In this document: positions 29,396-38,855 of the stretch, one piece after another
Layout: every line of letters begins with the position of its first letter
How positions within the stretch are numbered: position 1 is the first letter of the stretch
From: an uncultured virus (IMG/VR IMGVR_UViG_3300025070_000018)
Taxonomy: Duplodnaviria > Heunggongvirae > Uroviricota > Caudoviricetes
Direction: 5' to 3' (one strand)
Length of the DNA stretch: 64,000 nt
IMG/VR virus record: IMGVR_UViG_3300025070_000018
Position numbers and translations under genes: made by a program
Notes under the pieces: generated by a model
Seen by the model: the letters and a program-made list of their open reading frames with translations, nothing else
What the model was told of the DNA's origin: nothing
Database searches by the model: none

Positions 29396-32300
29396 TGGCA
29401 ATAACACAAGAAGAAATAAATCTATTACAAACTAATCCAGATTTAATTAGTAGTTTTAAAATAAAGTACCCTAATGAAAATTTAGAACAGTATATTGGTA
29501 ATAAAAGTGACACTTTAAGAGCAACAGAAAGCGAAACTGTAGATAATAACACAGAAAACCAAGAAAATGAAGATGGTAGAGGTTTAATAGCTGATATTGG
29601 TTTACAAACTTTAGGTGGCCTTGCTGATGCAGGCAAAAACACCTTAAATCTTATTGAAAATCTTGGTGATACTTTAGGTGAAAAAACAGGTATTGGTGGT
29701 TTTGCTTTTGGAGATGAAGCACAAGATGGCTTTGTTGATTATTTAAGTTTTGAAGAATTAAAAGAAAGACAAGAAAAAGGCGAAGCTTCAGACTTTTTCT
29801 TTGGTAATATTGGTGAAAGAGATAATTTAGGTCAAGATATACCGAATGTACCAGAAGCCGATACTATGGTAGGTGCATTTATTAGACCTACAGCTCAGTT
29901 TTTAGGCTCATATTTTACTGGGGGTAAAGCTCTTAAATTTATTAAACCTACAACAACAGCAGGTAAAGTAGGTAAAGGTTTTATTCAAGGTGGTATTGCT
30001 GACTTTACTGCTTTTGATGAGCATGAAGCAAGACTTAGTGATTTAGTTCAAAATACAGCTTTAGAAAATCCTGTAACAGAATATTTAGCGTCTGATGTAA
30101 CAGATAGTTATGCTGAAGGTAGATTTAAAAACTTTATCGAAGGTATGTTTTTAGGTGGTGTTACAGAAAGTGTTTTTGTAGGTTTTAGAAGATATAAAAG
30201 ATTAAAGAAAGCTAAAGAAGAAAACAATAAAGCTGAGTTTGATAAAGCTAATAAAGAAGAAACAACAAAATTAAATAAGACTGTAAATCAAACTATAAAT
30301 GATGCTCAAACTAAAAAACAAACAACAAAATTAAATAAAAATAAAAAGAAGAAAAAGAAACAATCTGATAAAGCTCTTGATGAGCTAAATAACGGTAAGT
30401 TTGATGAAGATTTAGATAGATTTGATAACTCTATACAAGCTTGGCGTAATCAAGAAATTAATCCACGAACAAACAAACCTTATAAATTAGGTGAAATACT
30501 AGATGAAACTTTTGCTAGTGGGCAATTTGCTAAATTAACTTCTGACTCAGCTATAGTCTTACTTAATAAAATATACACAACTTTAAGACAAAACAAAGTT
30601 GGTAATAATAAACAAATTACTAATGAAGAAATTTTAAGACTAGCAGATAAAATGGGTGAAGACCCTATAAAAGTATCTTTTGATATGCTTCGTATGGCAG
30701 ATGAATTTAAAAATGCTCCTATTAAAGTAGTAGCAGGCGAAGTTGTCCAAATGGGTTTTTTAGAAAACATGGGTGGAGTAGCTAGAGCTGTTAAAGAAGG
30801 TAGAGCTACAGAAGAAGATTTTGATATAGCTTATAATTTAGTTATGGAATTATCCCAAGCTATAGATGATGTTGTATCTGGCTCTTCAAGAGTTTTAAAT
30901 GCTAGAAAGATTGCTGTTACTGAAGGTGCTGATACTATGTCAGGAGATGCTATTTTAAACTTTACCAAACTTAAAAAAGCAGGTGAAGAATACAAATGGA
31001 GACCTACAAAAGAACAAAAGAAAAAACTTATTGATAAGGTAGCACAAATTAATGACCCTGCTAAACAAAGTGCATTTCTAAAAACTATAAGAAAAGTTAT
31101 TGGTAAAAATGGAGTATGGGATAGGTTAAACGAATTTTGGATTAACGCTATTTTATCTAGCCCTAAGACACATTTAATTAACATGACTTCTAATGCTATA
31201 CAGTCATTTATTACACCATTAGAAATGGGTATTGGTGGTTTATTAAGAAGAGACTCAGTAGCTATAAGAGAAGCAGTAGATACTTATTTCGGTTTAGTAA
31301 AATACTGGGGTGATGCTTTTCAAATGGCCAAAGAGTCTTTAGCAACAAATAAAAATATTCTTGATGAGTCTACAAAAATAGATTTAGAAAATAAAAACGC
31401 TATTCAATTTGGTGGTAATGTTGTTCGTTTACCATCTAGATTTTTAGGTGCAGAAGATGAATTTTTTAAACAGATAAATTATAGAGCTAAACTCTATGCT
31501 TATGCTGTTCAACAAACACGATTAAAAAACCAAGGCAAAAAACTTACTGCTGATGAATTTTCAGAGCAAGTAGAACAAATTTTTAAAGATGGGTTTGACG
31601 AAAATGGTAGAGGTATAAATTCTTACGCCTTAGAATATGCTCAAGAAAATACTTTTACTAGAAGTTTAAATGAACAAATAGATAATTATTCTAAAGGTAC
31701 TAAAATAAAACGTAGTGCTATTGGTGGTAATATACAAAAACTAACAAATGATTTTCCACCATTAAAACAAATTATACCTTTTATACGTACACCCGTTAAT
31801 ATTGCTCGTAATGTTTGGCAACGAACACCATTACTAAATTTATTACAAAGAGAATATCGTAATCAATTACGAAGTGCTAATCCTTCAGTAAGAGCTAATG
31901 CTTATGGTAAAATGGCTCTAGGTTCTGCAATATATGTAAATGCAGGTATTTTAGCAGGAGCAGGTAAAATTACAGGTGGTGGTTCTAGAGACCCACAAAT
32001 TAGAAAACAACAGCTTGCCACAGGATGGAAACCTTATTCATTTAAAGTTGGTGATAATTATTATTCTTTTGAACGATTAGACCCTTGGGGTATGTTCTTT
32101 GGTTTAGTTGCTGATTACAATGAAATTGCTAAAGAAGTAGATGACCAAACTAGAGATAATTTAGCTATGATGAATATGATGGCTACTATTATGACTATGG
32201 ATGGTGAAGAGGTAGCATTTCAAGGTGATATAGAAGATGACTACAATCCATTAAGCATGAAAATGGCCAGAGGTATAACAGCAGTAGCTAGTAACTTATC

Positions 32301-33057
32301 AAGTAAAACATATTTAAAAGGTGTGTCTGACTTAATAAGCTTAGTACAATCTGGAGATGAAAATAAAGTAGATAGAATATTAAAATCTAAAGTAGGCTCT
32401 TTTGTACCTAATATTATTAAGAAATTATCTGGAGACCCTTATTATAGAGAAGTTCGTACATATACAGACTCTATAATGGCAGGATTACCATACTTTAATG
32501 AAAAATTAGAGCCTAAGTATGATTACAAAGGTGAAAAAGTAGAAAGAGTAGGGAGCTATTTAGATAACTTAATATCCCCTATTAGTATCGGGAAAGATAA
32601 AAATGATTTTGTAGCTGATAAAATAGCTGAATTAAATCATAGATTTACTCCACCAGATGAAAGAGTTGGTGTTAATGGTAATATTAATCTTACACAATTT
32701 AAAAATGCTGAAGGTAAAACTGCATACTTAGTTTTAAATGAAAAGATTGGTACTATAAAATTAGGTAATCCAGAAAAAACTTTAAGAGAAAGATTAACGG
32801 ATTTATTTAATAGTGATGATTATAAGAATATGTCTGACCCAGTAAAAGGTTTTGACATGAATATGCAAGGCGGAAAAGTTGTAGAGATACAAAAGATATT
32901 ATTACAGTACCGTCAAAACGCTATAAAAGAAATTAAAAGAAGCAAAGCGTTTAAAAATGAAGAAGGTATTGACTTACACAAAATGCTTAACCTCAATAAG
33001 CAAACTAATACTGTTATAAAATCTAACAGAGCAGAAGACTATTTAAATATTAAGTAA
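29395..33057 (+). CDS. Internal virion protein (gp16-like)
   Basis: Size and synteny; PF.RTP.NI, GWKPYS and RLDP motifs. Confidence 0.75.
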   Translation: MAITQEEINLLQTNPDLISSFKIKYPNENLEQYIGNKSDTLRATESETVDNNTENQENEDGRGLIADIGLQTLGGLADAGKNTLNLIENLGDTLGEKTGIGGFAFGDEAQDGFVDYLSFEELKERQEKGEASDFFFGNIGERDNLGQDIPNVPEADTMVGAFIRPTAQFLGSYFTGGKALKFIKPTTTAGKVGKGFIQGGIADFTAFDEHEARLSDLVQNTALENPVTEYLASDVTDSYAEGRFKNFIEGMFLGGVTESVFVGFRRYKRLKKAKEENNKAEFDKANKEETTKLNKTVNQTINDAQTKKQTTKLNKNKKKKKKQSDKALDELNNGKFDEDLDRFDNSIQAWRNQEINPRTNKPYKLGEILDETFASGQFAKLTSDSAIVLLNKIYTTLRQNKVGNNKQITNEEILRLADKMGEDPIKVSFDMLRMADEFKNAPIKVVAGEVVQMGFLENMGGVARAVKEGRATEEDFDIAYNLVMELSQAIDDVVSGSSRVLNARKIAVTEGADTMSGDAILNFTKLKKAGEEYKWRPTKEQKKKLIDKVAQINDPAKQSAFLKTIRKVIGKNGVWDRLNEFWINAILSSPKTHLINMTSNAIQSFITPLEMGIGGLLRRDSVAIREAVDTYFGLVKYWGDAFQMAKESLATNKNILDESTKIDLENKNAIQFGGNVVRLPSRFLGAEDEFFKQINYRAKLYAYAVQQTRLKNQGKKLTADEFSEQVEQIFKDGFDENGRGINSYALEYAQENTFTRSLNEQIDNYSKGTKIKRSAIGGNIQKLTNDFPPLKQIIPFIRTPVNIARNVWQRTPLLNLLQREYRNQLRSANPSVRANAYGKMALGSAIYVNAGILAGAGKITGGGSRDPQIRKQQLATGWKPYSFKVGDNYYSFERLDPWGMFFGLVADYNEIAKEVDDQTRDNLAMMNMMATIMTMDGEEVAFQGDIEDDYNPLSMKMARGITAVASNLSSKTYLKGVSDLISLVQSGDENKVDRILKSKVGSFVPNIIKKLSGDPYYREVRTYTDSIMAGLPYFNEKLEPKYDYKGEKVERVGSYLDNLISPISIGKDKNDFVADKIAELNHRFTPPDERVGVNGNINLTQFKNAEGKTAYLVLNEKIGTIKLGNPEKTLRERLTDLFNSDDYKNMSDPVKGFDMNMQGGKVVEIQKILLQYRQNAIKEIKRSKAFKNEEGIDLHKMLNLNKQTNTVIKSNRAEDYLNIK

Positions 33058-33065
33058 AGGAAATA

Positions 33066-34553
33066 ATGGCACTATCGTATGTAAAATATACGGCAGATGG
33101 TTCTACTAACCAATTTGCTGTAACATTTAGTTATATTCAACAATCAGACGTAAAAGTATTTATTGATGGAGTTGAAGACAATAGCAGAACTTTTGTCAAT
33201 AGTGCATTAGTTCAAACCTCTACTACACCATCTAATGGAGCTATTGTTAATGTTAAAAGAACAACATCTAACACAGCAAGACTTGTAGATTTCCAAGATG
33301 GGTCTGTTTTAACAGAATCAGATTTAGATACGTCAGCTAACCAAAACTTTTTTACAGTTCAAGAAAACTTTGACCGTACAGAAGATACTATACAACTAAC
33401 TACTGCTGATGTGTGGGATGCTCAAAGTAAAAAACTTAGTAATGTAGCTGACCCCGTATCTGACCAAGATGCTGTAACTAAAATTTATTTATCAAATACC
33501 TTTTTAACTGATGCAAATAAAACAGCTTTAACAAATGTAAATGCAAATATTTCTAACATAAACGCTGTTAATTCTAATAGTTCTAATATTACTACTGTTG
33601 CAGGTAATAATACAAATATAAATACTGTAGCAGGTATATCTTCTAATGTTACAACTGTAGCAGGCATAAGTTCAGACGTTACAACTGTAGCGGGTATTTC
33701 TAGTGCTGTATCTTCAGTAAATTCTAATGCTACAAATATTAATACCGTTGCAACAAATATAAGTTCAGTTAATACCGTAGCTACTGATATTACAAAGGTT
33801 ATTGCAGTTGCTAATGATTTGGCCGAAGCTGTTTCTGAAGTAGAGACAGTTGCAAACGATTTAAATGAGTCTACAAGTGAGATTGATACAGTAGCTACTA
33901 ACATTGCTAATGTAAATACTGTTGGCGGAGCTATAGCTAACGTGAATACAGTAGCGGGCATTTCTTCTAATGTTACAACCGTTGCGGGTATATCGAGTGA
34001 TGTAACTGCTGTAGTAGGAATATCTAGTGCTGTAAGTGGTGTTAATTCTAACTCAACAAATATTAATGCTGTAAATTCTAACGCTACAAACATTAATACT
34101 GTAGCGGGAATATCAAGCAACATTACAACTGTAGCAGGAGTATCTAGTAACATCACAACAGTTGCAGGTATATCTAGTGATGTAACTACAGTAGCAGGAG
34201 CTAACTCTAATATTTCTACAGTAGCTTCTAATATATCTGGCGTAAATAGTTTTGCAGAAAGATATAGAATAGCATCTAGTGACCCTTCTTCATCATTAAA
34301 TGAGGGTGATTTAGTTTATAATTCAACAGATAACGTATTAAAATTTTATGATGGTAGTTCTTGGAACAGCATCACTGCTGATACAGATGTAAAAACAAAA
34401 GTATCAGCTAACGACACTACAGCAGGTTTTCTTAACGGTAAACTTGTTGCAGGGTCAAACGTAACTTTCACTGAAAATTCAGACGGTGGAAATGAAACAT
34501 TAACAGTAGCAGTCACGGATAATAGTATTCCGTTTGCTATAGCATTAGGATGA
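33066..34553 (+). CDS. Tail fibre (T7 gp17-like N-terminus) with 10-aa repeat shaft
   Basis: RTT....LVDFQDGSVLTE.DLD anchor; repeated VTTVAGISS(N/D). Confidence 0.85.
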   Translation: MALSYVKYTADGSTNQFAVTFSYIQQSDVKVFIDGVEDNSRTFVNSALVQTSTTPSNGAIVNVKRTTSNTARLVDFQDGSVLTESDLDTSANQNFFTVQENFDRTEDTIQLTTADVWDAQSKKLSNVADPVSDQDAVTKIYLSNTFLTDANKTALTNVNANISNINAVNSNSSNITTVAGNNTNINTVAGISSNVTTVAGISSDVTTVAGISSAVSSVNSNATNINTVATNISSVNTVATDITKVIAVANDLAEAVSEVETVANDLNESTSEIDTVATNIANVNTVGGAIANVNTVAGISSNVTTVAGISSDVTAVVGISSAVSGVNSNSTNINAVNSNATNINTVAGISSNITTVAGVSSNITTVAGISSDVTTVAGANSNISTVASNISGVNSFAERYRIASSDPSSSLNEGDLVYNSTDNVLKFYDGSSWNSITADTDVKTKVSANDTTAGFLNGKLVAGSNVTFTENSDGGNETLTVAVTDNSIPFAIALG

Positions 34554-34559
34554 TAACAC

Positions 34560-34883
34560 ATGGCAAATAACTTTTCAGAATCAGACGCAAGTCTAACTAA
34601 CGATACCTTGACCACAGTTGTCTCTACTACTAGCAACAAACAGATTATAGTTGGATGTCTTGTATCTAATACAGGAACTTTAGCAATTAATGTTGATGTT
34701 GTTTTAAATAACGGAAGTAACGATAGATATATTGTTAAAGGAAGCCCAGTAAGTGTAGGCGGAGCTTTAGAATGTGTTGAAGGTAAAATCGTTATTCCAA
34801 GTGGTGGGTCAATTAAAGTAAAGTCAGATAACGCTAGTGGCAATGCGGATGTGATTGTTTCTTTATTAACAGATGTAGCATAG
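34560..34883 (+). CDS. Tail-associated beta-rich protein
   Basis: Follows fibre; similar in size and pattern to 40903..41244. Confidence 0.55.
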   Translation: MANNFSESDASLTNDTLTTVVSTTSNKQIIVGCLVSNTGTLAINVDVVLNNGSNDRYIVKGSPVSVGGALECVEGKIVIPSGGSIKVKSDNASGNADVIVSLLTDVA

Positions 34884-34892
34884 GAGATAGCA

Positions 34893-35561
34893 TTGGGATA
34901 TTTAGGTAACGTACCTTCAGAGAAATTTTTAACTACACAGAAGGATAGATTTACTGGCCTTACAGGTTCTACAGTAACACTTTCTCATAGTGTCAGTTCA
35001 ATTTCAGACATAATTGTTTGGGTCAATTCAGTAAAACAAGATTACAATAGTTTAAGTGTAAGTGGTACTACACTAACTCTTGGTGGTGCTTTAGTTTCAG
35101 ATGATGTGGTACAAGTTGCTTATATAGGCCGTACAGTTGGAACAAAAGCTCCCGCAGTCGGTACAGTTACGAACTCTATGTTAGCTAACTCATCTATTAC
35201 TTTAAATGGTTCTGCTGTTTCTTTAGGTGGTAGTGCTACAATTAGTAGTGGTGCTGGTTCTGTAGAAACATGGGTAAACTTTAACGGAACAGGAACACCC
35301 TCTATTAGAGGTAGTGGCAATGTATCTAGTATCAGTGATAATGGTACTGGCTCTTATACAGTAAATTTTAGTAATAATTTAACTGATGCCAATTATGCTG
35401 TTGTTGCTTGTGGAGATAGAGAAACAGGAGAGAGGCAAATTGTAGTTCTTGTTGACCAAAATAATGGTGGTCAAAGTAATTCTTCTGTTGGGATAGCAAC
35501 AATTAATAATGATAACCCTTACAGAGATGCTGAAATAGTAGGGATAGGAATATTGAGATAA
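34893..35561 (+). CDS. Tail fibre/receptor-binding module protein
   Basis: Shares LANSSITLNGSAVSLGGSATI hinge with 36573..37424; WVNFNGTG C-terminal domain. Confidence 0.7.
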   Translation: MGYLGNVPSEKFLTTQKDRFTGLTGSTVTLSHSVSSISDIIVWVNSVKQDYNSLSVSGTTLTLGGALVSDDVVQVAYIGRTVGTKAPAVGTVTNSMLANSSITLNGSAVSLGGSATISSGAGSVETWVNFNGTGTPSIRGSGNVSSISDNGTGSYTVNFSNNLTDANYAVVACGDRETGERQIVVLVDQNNGGQSNSSVGIATINNDNPYRDAEIVGIGILR

Positions 35562-35564
35562 TTT

Positions 35565-35783
35565 ATGGACAAAAGAATAATATACAAAAAATCAAATGGA
35601 ACAGTTTCTATTATAATTCCAGCAAGTAATGAAACAAGAACTGTAGATGAAATTGCTAAAAAAGATGTGCCAACAGGTTTGTCTTATAAGATTGTTAATG
35701 TATCAGAAATATCAAGCGACAGAACTTTTAGAAATGCTTGGACTATTGATGATAGTGAACTAACAGACGGAGTAGGTGATTAA
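35565..35783 (+). CDS. Tail-associated small protein
   Basis: KDVP.G..YKIV...SDRTFRNAW. Confidence 0.55.
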   Translation: MDKRIIYKKSNGTVSIIIPASNETRTVDEIAKKDVPTGLSYKIVNVSEISSDRTFRNAWTIDDSELTDGVGD

Positions 35784-36025
35784 TGGGTATTACAATAGAC
35801 ATAACAAAAGCCAAAGATATTTGGAAAGATAAAATTAGAGTTGCTAGAAAACCAGCACTAGAAAAATTAGATGTTGATTTTGTTAAGGCACAAGAAACTT
35901 CAAGCGATACATCTTCTATTGTTACAGATAAAAACACACTGAGAGATTTACCTAGTCAAGTTGATACAGCAAACACTACAGATGAAATCAAAGCTGTATG
36001 GAACAATATGTTAGGAGATAAATAA
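35783..36025 (+). CDS. Tail fibre assembly chaperone-like protein
   Basis: IR.AR...L..LDVDF...K..LRDLP (Tfa-like pattern). Confidence 0.6.
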   Translation: MGITIDITKAKDIWKDKIRVARKPALEKLDVDFVKAQETSSDTSSIVTDKNTLRDLPSQVDTANTTDEIKAVWNNMLGDK

Positions 36026-36573
36026 TGGCTATAACTAAAATACAAGCAGAGAGTATGAACCTTGCAGATACTTATGACTTCACAGGTACAGTAAGTGGTG
36101 TTGGTGGTGGTGGTAAGATTGGTCAAGTAATCCAATCAGTAGTAACAACTTCAAGTGCTTTTACTACAAGTCATGGTACATTTATTGATTTAACAGGAAT
36201 GAACGCTTCTATTACGCCTTCAGCTACAGATAGTAAGGTTCTTGTCAATGTTTCAATTCAATTTGGAACAACAAGTAACTCTTATTGTGCTGTTAGATTA
36301 TTAAGAGGAAGTACAAATATTGCACTAGGTGATGGAGAAGGAAACAGAGCTAGAGCAACTGCTTTTACTTCTGGAAACGACATATCAAAAGGTCATAGTA
36401 CCTCATTTCAATTTTTAGACTCACCAAGCACAACCAGTTCTACTAACTATAAAATACAGATGCATAATGGTAGTAGTCAAACATTTAGATTAAATGGTGA
36501 AGGTGAGAACTATAATGGTGGTGGAAGTCATAGATTAATATCAACAGTTACACTAATGGAGATACTAGCATAA
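36025..36573 (+). CDS. Tail fibre/receptor-binding module protein (paralogue 1)
   Basis: GKIGQV...ITPSATDSK...DSPSTTS..YKIQ...MEILA. Confidence 0.7.
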   Translation: MAITKIQAESMNLADTYDFTGTVSGVGGGGKIGQVIQSVVTTSSAFTTSHGTFIDLTGMNASITPSATDSKVLVNVSIQFGTTSNSYCAVRLLRGSTNIALGDGEGNRARATAFTSGNDISKGHSTSFQFLDSPSTTSSTNYKIQMHNGSSQTFRLNGEGENYNGGGSHRLISTVTLMEILA

Positions 36574-37424
36574 TGGCATACATAGGTAGAGATATATCAA
36601 ACTTATCTTCACGCACAGTCTTAGATAATATTACAGCAAGTGCTACAGCTACATATAACCTATTATTAAATAGTGTTGCGTATGTACCTAGTAGTGCAGA
36701 GAGTTTAACAGTTAGTTTAAATGGTGTTATTCAGAAACCTCAGTCAAGCTACACAGTATCAGGTAGTACGATTGTATTTGATTCAGCATTAACTTCTTCA
36801 GATTCTATAGACTTTATTATTGCAGAAAGAGCAATCACCTTAACGACAGTAGGTAGTGGTTCAGTAGGAACTTCTCAACTTGCTGATACTGCTGTTACTA
36901 ATGCAAAGATTACAGACGGAACAATCGCTAATGCTAAGTTAGCTAACAGTTCAATCACACTAAATGGTAGTGCAGTATCACTGGGTGGTAGTGCTACCAT
37001 AGGTGGGGGTAAAGTTGCTCAAGTAGTATATCAAAACTTTACTTCATCTTTTTCAACAACTTCTGCTACCTATGCCGATACAGGATTAACACTTGCAATC
37101 ACACCTACAGCTTCAGATAGTAAACTTTACATTCAAGTTTCTATGAATCAGATTGCTCATAATGGTGCTAGTTTTGCAAGTTTTAAAATGTTTGAAGGTA
37201 GTACAGAATTAGAAGAATGGTATAAAGCACATGGATATTCAGATAATGACATAAGTTCTGTAACTCTTAATGTTCAAAGAGATGCATCTTCTACTTCTGC
37301 AAGAACTTATAAAATACAAATGGCTAATAATCCTAATACTAATGGAACATTAAGACTAAATAATTCGGCAGCAGACGGATTTTCAGCTCAATCAAGCATG
37401 ATGATTACGGAGGTACTAGCATGA
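36573..37424 (+). CDS. Tail fibre/receptor-binding module protein (paralogue 2)
   Basis: MAYIG N-terminus, shared hinge, GKVAQV...ITPTASDSK...TEVLA. Confidence 0.7.
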   Translation: MAYIGRDISNLSSRTVLDNITASATATYNLLLNSVAYVPSSAESLTVSLNGVIQKPQSSYTVSGSTIVFDSALTSSDSIDFIIAERAITLTTVGSGSVGTSQLADTAVTNAKITDGTIANAKLANSSITLNGSAVSLGGSATIGGGKVAQVVYQNFTSSFSTTSATYADTGLTLAITPTASDSKLYIQVSMNQIAHNGASFASFKMFEGSTELEEWYKAHGYSDNDISSVTLNVQRDASSTSARTYKIQMANNPNTNGTLRLNNSAADGFSAQSSMMITEVLA

Positions 37425-37924
37425 GCTTAATTAAATTAAACAATCAATCAATCTCTGCTGTTAGTGCTTTGCCTAGTGGTATTGATACAGGCAAGATTGG
37501 TCAAGTAGTTCATGCAAGTACATCATCTGTTCTTAATACAACATCTAGTTCATTTGCAGATTCAAACATAACTGCACAAATAACACCTAGTGCAACATCA
37601 AGTAAAATTCTTATTATGATAAGAGCATCATTTCAGTTATATGGTGGTGGTACTTCTACAAACGCAACTGCAAAATTTAGAGTTATAAATACTTTTGACA
37701 GTTCAGATAATACTTTATTTACATCTACTGAACTACCAAGATATGATAGTTTTGATGGTAATCACGATTCATTAACTGATATAATACCGATAGATTATAT
37801 TGATAGTCCAAATACAACTTCTCAATGTACTATAAAATTACAAATAGCTTGTGTTTCAGGACATTTCTCAACACAAGTAGCAGGTAACAGAAGTGATATA
37901 TTTTTACAAGAAATATTAGCATAA
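37421..37924 (+). CDS. Tail fibre/receptor-binding module protein (paralogue 3)
   Basis: GKIGQV...ITPSATSSK...DSPNTTS...QEILA. Confidence 0.7.
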   Translation: MSLIKLNNQSISAVSALPSGIDTGKIGQVVHASTSSVLNTTSSSFADSNITAQITPSATSSKILIMIRASFQLYGGGTSTNATAKFRVINTFDSSDNTLFTSTELPRYDSFDGNHDSLTDIIPIDYIDSPNTTSQCTIKLQIACVSGHFSTQVAGNRSDIFLQEILA

Positions 37925-38220
37925 TGAAAATTCAAGAAAGGAAAAATAAATGACAGATATAATAAGTGCAATCAAAGCTCTTGATGCAAATGCTCAAGTA
38001 GTAGTCAATGGTGAACCTAGCAATCAAGCTGAGTACGAAGCCAATGTAAAATATATCTCTGGTGCAGATGAGAATGGCAGTGCTATTTACAAAGACACAC
38101 AGGATTTTACATGGAGTCAAGTATCAGCAAAGAAAGCTGAGTTACAAACTGCCTATGACAATAACAAGTATCAAAGAGATAGAGCAGATGCTTATCCGTC
38201 AATTCAAGACCAGTTAGATA
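37599..38220 (+). repeat. Direct repeat copy B (tail cassette segment)
   Basis: Near-identical to 1-~620. Confidence 0.97.
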
Positions 38221-38303
38221 TGCAATACTGGGATAGTGTTAATAGCACGTCTACTTGGAAAGACGCAGTAGCAAAAGTTAAATCAGATAATCCAAAGGGG
38301 TAA
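37950..38303 (+). CDS. Tail-associated protein, probable chaperone
   Basis: Allele of 352..696 with a different C-terminus. Confidence 0.6.
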   Translation: MTDIISAIKALDANAQVVVNGEPSNQAEYEANVKYISGADENGSAIYKDTQDFTWSQVSAKKAELQTAYDNNKYQRDRADAYPSIQDQLDMQYWDSVNSTSTWKDAVAKVKSDNPKG

Positions 38304-38307
38304 ACAA

Positions 38308-38634
38308 ATGGCACAACTAAGTACAAAAGTAAAAGAGTATTTAAAAGCTAACAGTGTAAATACTGTAGACTTTCAAGCTGATGTTCTTTTACAGGATGAT
38401 GGTCAAGGTGCATACATTAAAGAGTGGAATATCTCTGGTGTAGCTAAACCTACTGATGACCAGTTAGCGACATATGAAACTGTTGCTAATACTGCTGAGT
38501 CAAATGCTACTGTAGACGCAACTCGTAAAGCTGCGTATGGTGATATAGGCGAACAACTTGATGAAATTTATCATAATATGGACGCTTGGAAAACCAGAAT
38601 ACAAGGCATTAAATCAGATAATCCTAAGAGCTAA
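38308..38634 (+). CDS. XkdW-like tail-associated protein
   Basis: LQDDGQGAYIKEWN....KPT..QL. Confidence 0.6.
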   Translation: MAQLSTKVKEYLKANSVNTVDFQADVLLQDDGQGAYIKEWNISGVAKPTDDQLATYETVANTAESNATVDATRKAAYGDIGEQLDEIYHNMDAWKTRIQGIKSDNPKS

Positions 38635-38636
38635 AA

Positions 38637-38837
38637 ATGAAAATAGATCTCAAGACTGTATTACCGTACATAGTACTGGCAGCTACCATAGCTATGTCTT
38701 GGGGAATGTTTTCTGAAAGACTTAATGCGGTTGAAAAGAAAGTAGATTCCGTAACACAAATGCAACAAGACATTGCCATTATCAAAGAGAAGATAGTGTG
38801 GATGGAAAATTGGTTAGTAACAACACCTAAAAGATAG
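38637..38837 (+). CDS. Small membrane-anchored coiled-coil protein
   Basis: Homologue of 1006..1200. Confidence 0.6.
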   Translation: MKIDLKTVLPYIVLAATIAMSWGMFSERLNAVEKKVDSVTQMQQDIAIIKEKIVWMENWLVTTPKR

Positions 38838-38855
38838 GGAAGGGGGCACGGCTAA

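Larger units (their letters stand above)
1..37598 (+). mobile_element. Phage 1: apparently complete, circularly permuted T7-like (Autographiviridae) temperate phage genome, HTVC019P-type pelagiphage-like
   Basis: Full co-oriented T7-like gene set (RNAP, SSB, endonuclease, amidase, primase-helicase, PolA, exonuclease, portal, scaffold, capsid, tail tubes, internal proteins, fibre, terminases) plus integrase and tRNA; position 1 recurs at 37599. Host is inferred from architecture and low GC; right boundary uncertain. Confidence 0.88.

Noticed and set aside
33485..34156. 223-aa antisense ORF
   Set aside because: Shadow of the repetitive fibre gene; no RBS or recognisable family
1..38220. Diversity-generating retroelement (TR/VR pair) explaining the diverged tail repeat
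   Set aside because: No reverse transcriptase in the window; differences include C/T and T/G, are mostly synonymous and are not adenine-specific
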